Shown: positions 49,323 through 59,875 of the stretch, one piece after another
Numbering within the stretch: the stretch's first letter is position 1
Layout: each line of letters opens with the position of its first letter
Assembly (NCBI GenBank): GCA_963703105.1
Contig: OY969792.1
Location: 2,311,385 to 2,375,384 of the forward strand
DNA: 64,000 nt
DNA from: an uncultured Acidimicrobiaceae bacterium
GTDB lineage: Bacteria; Actinomycetota; Acidimicrobiia; Acidimicrobiales; RAAP-2
Direction of reading: 5' to 3'
Program-made: the position numbers and the translations under genes
Notes under the pieces: generated by a model
Seen by the model: the letters and a program-made list of their open reading frames with translations, nothing else
The model's database searches: none
What the model was told of the DNA's origin: nothing

Positions 49323-50404
49323 TGATCCGAGTCCTGTCGCGTCGTTCGAACGACGTCAGCTACTTCACCGACGACCGCGCCCTGGAGATCGACGGCCTGC
49401 GCGACGGCGGACCCGGGTGGTGGCTGCGCGGGAGCGGTGACGCGCAGCGATCCGCACGCCGTGGGCCAGCGTGCTGCGAACCACGGAACGATCGTCGGTC
49501 CTCGGCTACGACATCGTGGTCGCCGCGCCACGGCCGACGTCGATCCTGCTCGCCGATCGACGCCGAACACGGCGCCGGCGTCGTGGCCGCGCACCGCGCG
49601 TCGGTCGGCGGCGGCGATCGACTACCTCGAAGAGCACGCGCTCGTCGTGCGCGATCGTCGCGGGGGAGAGGACCGCGACCGCGCCGGTCGGTGGACCGGG
49701 ATCGTCGGCTTCACCCACGGCGTCAATCGACACGGCGAGCCGCATCTGCACGACCACGTGCTGGTCGGCGCGCTGCCGGAAGGGTCGCGAACCGTGCTCG
49801 ACAGTCGCGGGCTCTTCGCGCACCTCGTCGCGGCCGACGCCCTCTATCGAGCGTCACTGCGTCACGAACTCGCGTGAGCGAACACCGTGGTCGGCGTGGC
49901 GTTCGTTCGAAGGCGTCGAGCACGTGGTCGGTCTCGACGAGGGCTACCGCGCACTCTGGGGCGGTCATCACGCCGATCGCGGCGAGAAGTTGCACTGGCG
50001 TCGCCGCGACGCGATCGAGCAGTGGCGTGACGACCGCGAACGATTCGAATCGCTCGGCGTGATCGAACCGCCGTCGCGTCACCGCTCGACGCTCGACGAG
50101 CACGGCTTCGCCGGGCGCGCTCGAAGGACGCCACGACGTCGCGCGACGCCACGTGATCACGGCCTGGAGCAACGCGGCGCGATTCGGTCAGAGCGCCGCG
50201 GCCGTGACGCGCGCCGTCGACTCGCTCTATCCGACACTGTCCGGCGCGAGGGGAGTGCGCGAACCGTCGATCAGCGTTCGCGAGGCGCGGATGACCGCCC
50301 AGGTTCGCGAACGCGGCGCGCGACCGCTCGAGACGCCCGACCTCGAACGGTGGCGTCAGCGTTCGCGCGACGAGTCGCGATCGCGCTCCGAACGCTCCAG
50401 GTAG
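49322..50404 (+). CDS. MOBF/TrwC-type relaxase domain protein without helicase; frameshifted
   Basis: VSYF...PGWWLRGSG, GYDIVVAAPRPTSILLA, FTHGVNRHGEPHLHDHVLV, ALYRASLRHEL. Confidence 0.8.
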
Positions 50405-51667
50405 CCGCGAAAGCGCGGGTGCGAGTGCGCCGGGCGTCAGTTCGATCCACTTCATCTGCTTGCTCGCGTCCAGGCCCATGGCGTAGCCCGGTCGTCCGTG
50501 GGCCAGGTCGCTCATCGATCGCGCGGTCGCGCTCGACCCAACTCGTCGAGCGACCGGCGCGCTTGCCCTTGCGGCCGAACTGGTAGGTCGGCGTGTCGTA
50601 GAGCGATCGTCCGGCGAGGTGGCGCAGCATCTCGAGGGTCGGCCGGTCGGCGATGCCCGGCAGGACCACGGTCGTCGGGAAGAGCGAGAGGAATCCCTCG
50701 GCCGAGGTGCCCCAGCGGCTCCGGGCCTGGCTGAGGTCCTGGAGGCAGGCCAGGGTGAGGACGCCCTGGCCGCCGCCCTCCGAGACGATGCTGGCCAGGC
50801 GGGGCAGAGGGGCGACGTTGGCCAGTTCGTCCAGGGCCAACAGGAGCCGGGCGCCTTCCTCGTGGCGGTCGTAGGTGGCGTGGACCAGCTCTTCGATCAG
50901 GCCCACGACCAACGGAATCGTGACCGCCTGGTGGCGGCTGGGCGCCACGATGTGGAGTTGGTGGGGACCGCTCAAGAAGGCGTCGAGGTCGAGCGGCGCC
51001 TCCCGCGACGAGGCCCGCGCGGCCTCGGTGCGCACGCCGGCGAAGAGTCCCGACGTCGTCGACCAGATGCTCGAGCGCTCGCGATCTTCGGTCGCGAGCA
51101 CGCCGCGAAGTAGTGAGACCGATGGGTGATGTTCGCCGTAGCGCTCGGTGAGTTCGTGCACGACGTCGTCGCAGCGTCGTTCGTCGACGCGTGACGCGAG
51201 TTGCCCCAACGTCTCGTGCGCGAAGCGCCGTCGCGTGCAACAACGGCGCGACGAGTGCGCCCGCGCGTTCGGTCCAGTGATCGTCACTTCGATCACCGCG
51301 ACCGCGTCGCGCGATGTCAATAAGGCTCCGCGAAGCGAGAATTGCGCCGTCCCAAGAAAAACTTTGTCGAATCGGTGAGTAACCGATTCGATGCACTCCG
51401 GGTGGAGTGCGCACTGTTCCCGACGGATCGAAGAGCAACGTCGCACCATCGCGACCACTACGCGACATCAACGACACGACATCATTCTTCGTTGACGTCA
51501 CTACGCAAGAACGAGTGGTGACCAGGAGATTCGGAACAACAATCGATGAAGTTTTTCCGCTGCGACTCGGACCGAGTACGAGTGTTGAACGTTCGTCACC
51601 ACTCGTTGCATCACCGCGCAGCACCGCGTCCTAAATAGATTCCGACGTCGTTGTGCACGAAAAACAT
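50356..51667 (-). CDS. VirD4/TraG-like type IV coupling protein ATPase without TM anchor; frameshifted, ends approximate
   Basis: GIYLG...LVLGPSRSGKTSSIVVPN, VVTSTKND, LFDPSG, LALDELANVAPL, GGGQG, CLQDLSQARSRWG. Confidence 0.82.
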
Positions 51668-51692
51668 CTGTCGCAGAAAAACTTCGAAATGC

Positions 51693-51721
51693 TTGACATT
51701 GGTGTGTAAAGCGAGTGAACT
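51693..51721 (+). promoter_or_regulatory. Putative promoter for the histone-like gene
   Basis: Consensus TTGACA at 51693 in an AT-rich tract; -10 is non-canonical. Confidence 0.4.
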
Positions 51722-51953
51722 TTTAAATGTCCTTCTGCGGAGGAGGTGAACGTTGAGTGAAACGTCCATGTGACGTTTTTACGAAGCGCTTTTCCGCGTC
51801 GGACCGTGCACTGCGATCAGTCGCCGTACAGCTGTGAAGCTGGGTGGTACATGAGCGAGTACACGTTTATCAATGCGGTACCGATTTCGAGATCACCACG
51901 GTGGTGCACTCGAGGTCCCAAATTGATTCAACGTTGAGTCCCAAGGAGGGAAA

Positions 51954-52232
51954 GTGGCACCAGCCGCGAAGAAGAAGGCTGTAGCCAAAAAGGCTCCAGC
52001 GAAGAAGGCCGCCAAGCGTCCTGCTGCAAAGAAGAAGGCCCCTGCAAAGAAGGCCGCCGCTAAGAAGCGCCCAGCAGCGAAGAAGGCCGCCAAGCGACCT
52101 GCTGCGAAGAAGAGGGCCCCGGCAAAGAAGGCCGCCGCTAAGAAGCGTCCTGCTGCGAAGAAGGCCGCCAAGCGACCTGCTGCGAAGAAGGCCGCGAAGC
52201 GTCCCGCCAAGAGGGCTGCCGCTAAGAAGTAG
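51954..52232 (+). CDS. Histone H1-like Lys/Ala/Pro-rich nucleoid protein
   Basis: PAAKK/PAKK repeats with a duplicated 26-aa unit; no acidic residues; SD AAGGAGG. Confidence 0.85.
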   Translation: MAPAAKKKAVAKKAPAKKAAKRPAAKKKAPAKKAAAKKRPAAKKAAKRPAAKKRAPAKKAAAKKRPAAKKAAKRPAAKKAAKRPAKRAAAKK

Positions 52233-52256
52233 TCAAGTCCCATCAGGGATTTGTGG

Positions 52257-52285
52257 TTCGAGGGGGGCCTTTGGCCCCCCTCGAA
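52257..52285. terminator. Hairpin between convergent genes
   Basis: TTCGAGGGGGGCC-TTT-GGCCCCCCTCGAA, perfect 13-bp stem. Confidence 0.8.
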
Positions 52286-52290
52286 TGCCG

Positions 52291-52842
52291 TTACCGGCGC
52301 CAAATCGTCCGGCTCGTCCACGTCAAAGCGCCAGGGGCTGTCGGTGACCATGGTGACGCGACGGCCGAGTCGCTCGGCCTCGCGTCGGTGGAGTGACGCC
52401 GAGTTCGACGCCGTAGGCGAAGTGGAAGTCCAGTCCGGTCGGCAACGCCATCACGTTGGTGCCCGTGTCCGTGGTGATCGGTGACGATGGTGATGTCGTC
52501 GTCGGGCTCGAACGCGCCGAGTCCCTCGGGATGGCGCAGGTCACCGTGCACGATGATGAGGCGTTCAAATCGGCTCTCGAGGGCTCCGTAGGCCCGCTGC
52601 ACGGCGTCGTTGAGGTCCGTGGCGTCCGAGCGCAGGACTTCACATCCGTGCGCGGTGGCGAAGCGCGGTGATCTCGTCACTTTCGCTGAGCACGATCGTG
52701 TGTCGCGGCGCACAACTGGCGATGACGTCGGTGGCGAGTCGTTGCGCCAGCTCGGTGACGTCGACGACGTCGTATCGACGCGAAGTCGTTCCTTGGCGAG
52801 GTCGAAGCGCTTCAGGGGGATGACGAAGGCGTCGGAGCTCAC
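52291..52842 (-). CDS. cofC: CofC/FbiD-like guanylyltransferase (F420 pathway), frameshifted
   Basis: VIPLKRFDLAKERL, LNDA, HGDL, GTN, FDVDEPDDL. Confidence 0.75.
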   Translation of the reverse strand: MSSDAFVIPLKRFDLAKERLRVDTTSSTSPSWRNDSPPTSSPVVRRDTRSCSAKVTRSPRFATAHGCEVLRSDATDLNDAVQRAYGALESRFERLIIVHGDLRHPEGLGAFEPDDDITIVTDHHGHGHQRDGVADRTGLPLRLRRRTRRHSTDARPSDSAVASPWSPTAPGALTWTSRTIWRR

Positions 52843-52884
52843 GAGAGTGCATGTTACGGGAAGGACCTTCAGTACTGTTGAGAC

Positions 52885-53639
52885 GTGACGACGTTGCCAT
52901 CGGACTTGCTCGTCCACGAACGAGCAGTTGCTGGACCGAGGTGAGATCGTCGTCGGCATCGACGAAGTCGGACGCGGCGCACTCGCCGGCCCGATGGTCC
53001 TCGGCGCGGTCGTGGTGACGGGCGCCGCGCCGCCGCCGGAGTCGCTGAACGACTCGAAGCTGTTGACGCCGCTGCAACGCGAGGAGTTGGTCGGGTCCGA
53101 TCGAGCAGCTGGGCCGCCGACTGGTCCCTGGGATCGGTGAGCGCGGCGGAGATCGACGCGTGGGGACTTCGACTCGCGCTTGGCGGTCGCCGCGACGCGC
53201 GCGCTCGACGGCCTGTCGAGTTCGACCGAGCGTGGCGCTGATCGACGGCTCGTTCAATCTGCTGCGCGCCCCTCAGGACATCCGCCTTCGGCGTGGCGCG
53301 GGCGCCGGCGCTGTCGTACCGCGCCATGACCGCCACCACGATCGTCAAAGGGCGACCAACACTGTGCGTCGATCGCCGCCGCCTCGGTGCTCGCCAAGGT
53401 CCATCGAGACCGCGTCATGGTCGAGTTGGACGGCGACTTCGACGACTACGGCTGGTCGAGCAACAAGGGCTACGGGGCCAAAGTGCACATGGAGGCGATG
53501 CGGCGACTTGGGCCAGACCGTCCACCATCGACATTCGTGGCAGCTGCCGGAACAAGTCGGCCCTAACCACGGCCGTATTTCGGGCCCGAGAGCGCGGTCG
53601 CGCGCACCTCTGAGATATTGCCCGTACGGGTATGATTGA
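52885..53639 (+). CDS. rnhB: Ribonuclease HII, frameshifted (3' end approximate)
   Basis: [39 protein letters not shown]. Confidence 0.88.
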
Positions 53640-53645
53640 CAGACC

Positions 53646-55672
53646 ATGGCGTCGCTGCTCTCCGTAAAAGATCTTCAAGTCAAGTTTTCCACTCGAAAGT
53701 CATTCGTTACCGCAGTCGACAACTTCTCCCTCAATATCGACCCCGGCGAGTGCGTCGGACTGGTCGGGGAGTCGGGCTGCGGCAAGACCACGACGGGCCT
53801 GGCCATCATGCGCCTGCTGCCCGGCAACGGCCACATCGCCTCGGGCACGGTGGAACTCGAAGGGCGTCGACCTTTCGACGTTGAGCGAGAAGGAGATGCA
53901 GCACCAGCGAGGTCAGACGGTCGCCCTGATTCCCCAGGACCCCATGAGTTCGCTGAACCCGACGATGAAGATCGGACGTCAGATCGGTGAGGGGCTGCGA
54001 ATCCACAACGACGCGTCGGACGAAGACGCCCGCAAGAGGGCCCTGGAGGTCCTCGACATGGTCGAGATGCCGCGACCGGCCGAGCGTCTCGACCAGTATC
54101 CGTTCGAACTGTCCGGGCGGACTTCGCCAGCGCGTCATCATCGCCATGGGCCTGGTCTGCGAGCCCAAGCTCCTGATCGCCGACGAGCCGACGACGGCGC
54201 TGGACGTCACCATCCAGGCCCAGATCCTCGACATCATCGACTCCCTGCGCAAGCAGCTCAAGATGGGCGTCCTCTTGATCACCCACGACATGGGCGTCAT
54301 CGCCGGGCGCGCCGACCGCGTCGTCGTCATGTACGGGGGCAAGAAGGCCGAGGAGGCGTCGACGTTCGACCTGTTTCGGTCGATGCGCCACCCGTACTCC
54401 CAGGCCCTGCTGGCCTCGATGCCCAACCTCGAGAACGCCACGAAGCACGAACTGGCGTCGATCGCCGGACTGCCGCCGGACCTCTCCAAGGAGATCGTCG
54501 GGTGTCGCTTCGCGCCGCGCTGTCGCTACGCCACCGAGCAGTGCCGCGACGTCGAACCCGAGTTGACCGGACCCGCGGATCACGTGTTCGCGTGCTTTCA
54601 CCCGGTCGACGGTCCCCAGGCCGTCGTCGTGCGAACCGAGACGCGCGCCGAGGTCGTGGCCAAGGCCAAGGCCAACGAGCTGCTTCGCGTCGAAGGACTC
54701 ACCAAGGAGTTCGCCGTCAAGGCCGGGCTGATTCGCCACAAGGTCGGCGCGATCCACGCCGTCTCGAACGTCACGTTCGCCATCAACGAAGGTGAGACCT
54801 TCGGTCTCGTCGGGGAGTCGGGCTGCGGCAAGACGACCATCGGCCGCATGGTCGTGGGACTGGAGTCGCCGACCGCGGGAGCCGTGCTGTTCGACGGCAA
54901 GGTCGTGTCCTCGCACAAGCACAAGCCGACGCGCGCCGAACGCCGCGAACGCCAGATGATGTTCCAGGACCCGTACTCGTCGCTCAACCCGCGCATGAAG
55001 GTCTCAGAGATCTTGGGCGAACCGCTCCTGGTGCAGGGCGACGGCACGAAGGCCGAACGCCGCGCCCGCGTTCGGGAACTGCTGCTGGCGGTCGGGCTCG
55101 AGCCGCTCGCCGCCGACCGCTACCCGCACGAGTTCTCCGGGGGCCAGCGACAGCGCATCGGCCTCGCCCGGGCCCTCGCGCTCAACCCGCGACTCATCGT
55201 GGCCGACGAGCCCGTCTCGGCCCTGGACGTCTCGATCCAGGCGCAGATCCTGAACCTGATGAAGGAGCTGCAGCGCGAGCACAACCTCTCGTACATCATG
55301 GTCAGCCACGACCTCGCCGTGGTCTATTACATGGCCGACACCATCGGCGTGATGTACCTCGGCAAGATCGTCGAGATCGGTGACGCCGAATCGGTCTTTC
55401 GCCACGCGGCCCACCCCTACACGCAGGGTCTGCTCAACGCGGTGCCGGTGCCCGACCCGGTGGAGGCCCGCGCCCGCCACGGCAAGCAGGTCACGGGGGA
55501 ACTTCCTTCGGCAGTGAATCCGCCGTCCGGGTGCCGCTTCCGGACGCGCTGTGAGTACGCCCAGGACATCTGCGCGAACGAGGAGCCGCTGTTCCGGGAC
55601 TTCGGGACGAACCAGCAGGCGGCCTGTCACTTCCCGCTGCAGACGCCGGTCTCCATCGGCGTTCGCGTATAG
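53646..55672 (+). CDS. Fused OppD-OppF peptide ABC ATPase, frameshifted
   Basis: Two GESGCGKTT modules, each with HPY and GCRF...C motifs. Confidence 0.9.
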
Positions 55673-55715
55673 GTTCCAACTCGCCGATCGGTCCGGTCGG
55701 CTAGGGCCGAACGCT

Positions 55716-56661
55716 CTAGCGCTCGAGCAACCGAACTTCGAAGCAGTCGCGCAGCGCGTCGCCGATGTAGTTGATCGACACGACCACCAGGATGAAGACG
55801 AGTGCCAGGGGGTAGATCTCCCACCAGAAGCCGTTTTGGATCTGCGAGGTGCCGGCCTGGAGCATCGTGCCCCAGTCGGTCGGCGGGGCCTGGATGCCCA
55901 GTCCCAGGAAGCCCAGGGCCGACAGGAACAAGATGGCGTCGGCGATCGAGAAGGTCGCCACCGTCACGATGTTGCTGATGGAGTTCGGGAAGACGTGTCG
56001 GCGAATGATGTGCCAGCTGACGCGCGCCCATGGCCGTCGCGGCCTGGGAGTACTCGAGGTTGCGTATGAGCAGTGCGTCACCGCGGATGATGCGGGCGTT
56101 GCCCCACCACAGGGTGAAGCCGATGATGCAGATGAGAAAGACCGTCGAACGGTTGAAGATCGAGATCAGGGTGATCAGGAGGAAGATGTAGGGGATCGAC
56201 AAGAAGGCGTCGATGATGCGCATCATGATGGTGTCGGTCACGCCGCCGGCGAAGCCGGAGATCATGCCGTAGGTGGTACCGACGACGATGGTGATGAAGC
56301 CGGCGAAGAAGCCGAGGGTGAGCGAGTACTCGCCGCCGTAGAAGATGCGCCCCAGCTCGTCGAAACCGCCGCTGTCGGTGCCGAGCCAGTGGTGCCAGGA
56401 CGGGGGCTGGTTCCAGGGCAGGCCGAAGGTGAGTGCCTGGTCGGTCTGGTTCGTCGGGTGGAATATCGGCACGAGGAAACAGGCGCCTACCGTGAGCAAT
56501 AAGAACAGCACCGACGCGATGGCCAACTTGTTGTGCACGAAGATGCGCAGGCGCTGCTTCCACATCGGGACGATCTGGTCGTCCGGGTTCAGGTTGATCG
56601 GTGTATCCGGCGGCTCCAAAAGAGCGATGCGTTCGCGTTCGCGTTCAGTGAGGTCGGTCAC
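55716..56661 (-). CDS. Peptide ABC permease OppC/DppC, frameshifted
   Basis: HWLGTD, MRIID, RHVFPN, LGFLGLG, DWG, GDALRD. Confidence 0.9.
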
Positions 56662-57629
56662 CGGGCGTTCCCTTCGATTCGAATGCGTGGATTAACGAGA
56701 CCCAGGGCGACGTCGGCCAAGAGATTGCCCAGGAGCGTCAGGATGGCGACGAGCAGGGTGATGCCGAGCACCGTCGGCAGGTCGAGGTTCGTCGCCGCGA
56801 AGACGGTCTGGATGCCGAGACCCTCGTAGTTGAAGACGCTCTCGATGATCAGGGCGCCACCCAAGAGCGCGGGGATCGAAAGGCCCAGGAGCACGATGAT
56901 CGGTCCTAGGGCGTTGCGGAAGGCGTGCTTGAAGAGCGTTCGACGACCGCTGCAGCCCTTCGCCTTGGCGGTACGCACGTAGTCCTGGACCAAGACCTCG
57001 AGGACGGTGCCACGCATGTAGCGACTGAGTCCGGCCACCGAGAGCATGGTCAAGGCGGCCACCGGAAGAATGAAGCCGACGGGGTCGGTGAACATGGCCC
57101 AGGCCTGGACGCCCTGCGGCGGTGAGTTGGGCAGGTGCGGGAAGTGGAAGCTGAAGGCGTCCAGGAGCAGCATCGCCAGGAGGAAGTTCGGCATGGCGTA
57201 GAGGACGAACGCGACGCCGGTGGCGGTGTAGTCGCCCACGGTGTTGCGACGCGAGGCCTGGTAGATCCCGAGCGGGATCGCGATGATCGTGGTCAGGACC
57301 AACGAGACCGAGGCCAGCCAGATCGTGCGCGGCACGTAGAGGCTGATGATGCCCCACACCGAGGAGTTTTCTTTATAGGAGCGACCGAGGTTGAAGTGGA
57401 AGAGGAGCTGGGTGGCGTAGGTCCAGAACCGGTGGAAGTAGGTCGCGTCCATGCCGTGCTGCTTGGCCCATACCGCCACGTTGTACGGCGTCGCTTTCGT
57501 ACCGAGCACGGTGTAGGCCGGCGCCACGATGCCGTGGGTCTGAAAGTAGGGAAGGCTGAACGTGAACAGCATCACGATCATCAGCACGAAGAACGACTGA
57601 ATGATTCGTCGAACGATGTAGGCGAACAC
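56658..57629 (-). CDS. Peptide ABC permease OppB/DppB
   Basis: YIVRR, QDYVRTAKAKG, HAFRNAL, IESVF, NPRIR. Confidence 0.92.
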   Translation of the reverse strand: MFAYIVRRIIQSFFVLMIVMLFTFSLPYFQTHGIVAPAYTVLGTKATPYNVAVWAKQHGMDATYFHRFWTYATQLLFHFNLGRSYKENSSVWGIISLYVPRTIWLASVSLVLTTIIAIPLGIYQASRRNTVGDYTATGVAFVLYAMPNFLLAMLLLDAFSFHFPHLPNSPPQGVQAWAMFTDPVGFILPVAALTMLSVAGLSRYMRGTVLEVLVQDYVRTAKAKGCSGRRTLFKHAFRNALGPIIVLLGLSIPALLGGALIIESVFNYEGLGIQTVFAATNLDLPTVLGITLLVAILTLLGNLLADVALGLVNPRIRIEGNAR

Positions 57630-57709
57630 GAGCGAAGTCTACCAGCGGGCTCAGCGTGAAATATTGGCACCGCGCCCGAGTCGTCGACCCGTCGAGGACC
57701 CTCGGGGCC

Positions 57710-57742
57710 AAAAAAAGGGCCCCCTCGCGGGGGCCCTTTTTT
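57710..57742. terminator. Intrinsic terminator after the first OppA gene (bidirectional form)
   Basis: A7-GGGCCCCC-TCGC-GGGGGCCC-T6. Confidence 0.9.
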
Positions 57743-57771
57743 CATTGGACTTTACGATCCAATTGAATCTT

Positions 57772-59586
57772 CTACCAGTAGTAGTACTCCGGCATGAAGT
57801 TAAGGATTGGGCTGCCAACGAATCCAATCTTGCTGTGCAGCGTCTTGATGATCTCACCCGTCGGCGTACCTTCTGGCTCGAAGATGCAGGGCAGGTTCTG
57901 CGCGGTGTAGGCGCCGTAGGCCGTCAGGTTCGAGTGTCCGAAGTCCGTGGCCTTGATGTCCGCCGTCATCGTCGCGCTGTTGTAGTCACCGACGTTGAAT
58001 CCACCACCGACGGCGAAGAGTGTCTCACCGGTCGGGAAGTAGTTCGGAACGAAGGTCCAGCCGCCGCCCCACATGCAGAGCTGGAAGCCAGATCCGCTGG
58101 AGCAGTCCCCGATCACGCTGTTGAACGACTCGGTCGTGGTAGCGACCTGGACGCCAATCTGGGCCCAGTCAGCGACTTCGGCGGTGATCTCTTGGGTGAG
58201 AGCCGGCGAACCGCTCGCGTAGACCAACTTGAAGTTCAGCGTGTAGCCCTGCGTGATGTTCGCGCCGCACTGGTTCGCACCGGTGCCCGGACTGGTGCAG
58301 GTCATAACGCCACCGGTCATGGTCCAGCCGTGTGAGGTCAACAGACTCTCCGCGGTCGTCAGGTTGAACGGATACGGGTTGGTCGGTGCCTTACCCATGG
58401 AAGCGGGGACGATCGCCGGCAGTGCCGTGTAGGACGGGAAGCCGTAACCCTTGAAGACGTTCTTGATGACGCCGAGCTGGTCGGTCGCGTCTTGCATCGC
58501 CTGGCGGATGTACAGCTGGTTCACCGCGTCGACCTTCGGGTCGTTCGAGGAGAAGTTGAACGGCATGTAGTTGAAGCCCCAGATGATGCCCGTCGCGAGG
58601 TTGTAGCGCGACGACAGGTTGCCCCAGTTGGGTCCGACCTTGCCCGGCGCGGGCGCCGGCGAGGTGAGGACACCCGGGTCAACGAATCCGAGGTCAATCT
58701 TGCCGGCCTGGAGGTCGTTCTCTTCGGCCTGGGTGGTCGTGTAGGCCACTTCCTTCACGTACTTGATCGTCGGCTTTACCGGACCGGAGTACTTCGGGTT
58801 CGGCTGGAAGGTCAGGTTGCCCAAGTTGTCGAATGACGTCAACTTCCACGGACCGGTGTCACCGCTCTGCCAAAGCTTGCCGGTGTAGCTGGTGGTCTGG
58901 CTCGAGAGGTTGTTCAGGTAGTTGTAGACGTTGGTGCAGGCGACCTTGTTGGACGCTGAGCCGTAGGCGCCGGTGGCGCACGATGACCTCGTGCCGGCCG
59001 ACGTCACGTCCCAGGTGTCCGGGAACGGCGTGATCTGGTCGAGGTAGTTGTTGGTGATCCACAGCGGGTTGACGGCGGTCTTGAAGTTAATCGTCACCGC
59101 CATCTTCGTGTGGGTGATACTGGAGACCTGGTCGGGGATGCCGTAGCCCGGGTTGTAGCCCCAGAAGTCCGACGGGAGCGCCTTGTACATGTTCAAGAAG
59201 AACATGACGGATTGGGCGTTGACCACTTGGCCAGAAGAGAACTTCCAGCCCTTCAGCGTGAGCGTGACCCTCTTGTTCCCGTTGGAATACACGGGGCTCT
59301 TCGCGAGTGAAAGCGAAGGTACGAGGGTGACACTGCCGCCGAGGCCGAACCAGTAGAGAGGCCGGAACATCTCGTCCTGGAACTGGTTGATGTTGTCGAC
59401 CGAGCAGTACTGGCACGACTCAAAGGGGAAGATCCAGTTCGGATTAGCGCCAGCACCTTCTGCGAACGTTAGGGTTCCAGAAGCGGAGCTCGCGCCACTC
59501 ACTGTCGGAGCAATGAGACCTAGCGACAACGCGCAGGCCGATAGGCCCACCGTGACCGCTAGTCGAAGTTTGCGTCCAAAATGCAT
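57772..59586 (-). CDS. Peptide ABC substrate-binding protein (OppA-like) 1
   Basis: SD GGAGG, signal peptide, FRPLY, GPWKL, YIRQAM. Confidence 0.88.
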   Translation of the reverse strand: MHFGRKLRLAVTVGLSACALSLGLIAPTVSGASSASGTLTFAEGAGANPNWIFPFESCQYCSVDNINQFQDEMFRPLYWFGLGGSVTLVPSLSLAKSPVYSNGNKRVTLTLKGWKFSSGQVVNAQSVMFFLNMYKALPSDFWGYNPGYGIPDQVSSITHTKMAVTINFKTAVNPLWITNNYLDQITPFPDTWDVTSAGTRSSCATGAYGSASNKVACTNVYNYLNNLSSQTTSYTGKLWQSGDTGPWKLTSFDNLGNLTFQPNPKYSGPVKPTIKYVKEVAYTTTQAEENDLQAGKIDLGFVDPGVLTSPAPAPGKVGPNWGNLSSRYNLATGIIWGFNYMPFNFSSNDPKVDAVNQLYIRQAMQDATDQLGVIKNVFKGYGFPSYTALPAIVPASMGKAPTNPYPFNLTTAESLLTSHGWTMTGGVMTCTSPGTGANQCGANITQGYTLNFKLVYASGSPALTQEITAEVADWAQIGVQVATTTESFNSVIGDCSSGSGFQLCMWGGGWTFVPNYFPTGETLFAVGGGFNVGDYNSATMTADIKATDFGHSNLTAYGAYTAQNLPCIFEPEGTPTGEIIKTLHSKIGFVGSPILNFMPEYYYW

Positions 59587-59875
59587 ATGAAATATCCTCC
59601 CAGTACCACCGAAGTGGTCACATTTGATTTGTCTTTCCATCACAGATGGATTAGTGGCAACTGTATCCGCAAATATGAGGCCGAGAATGTGCACCCCCGG
59701 CGAAAAAATTGACAATTATCCGGACCCTTCGCGCTGTTCACGGGGCGGAATCGCTGCCGCCTCGGGAATCATCGTCGAAAGTCCTGATTGTTGGTCGTTT
59801 GGGCCCATACAAAGATGCGCGGGCGCGCGATCCGTCACGATTCGACGCCGTCTTCGCGGCGAGCGACGGGCACCG

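Noticed and set aside
51893-52351. Hydrophobic repeat ORF (AAFFAAGR) antisense to the histone-like gene, and other long antisense ORFs
   Set aside because: These are shadow ORFs expected in high-GC DNA.
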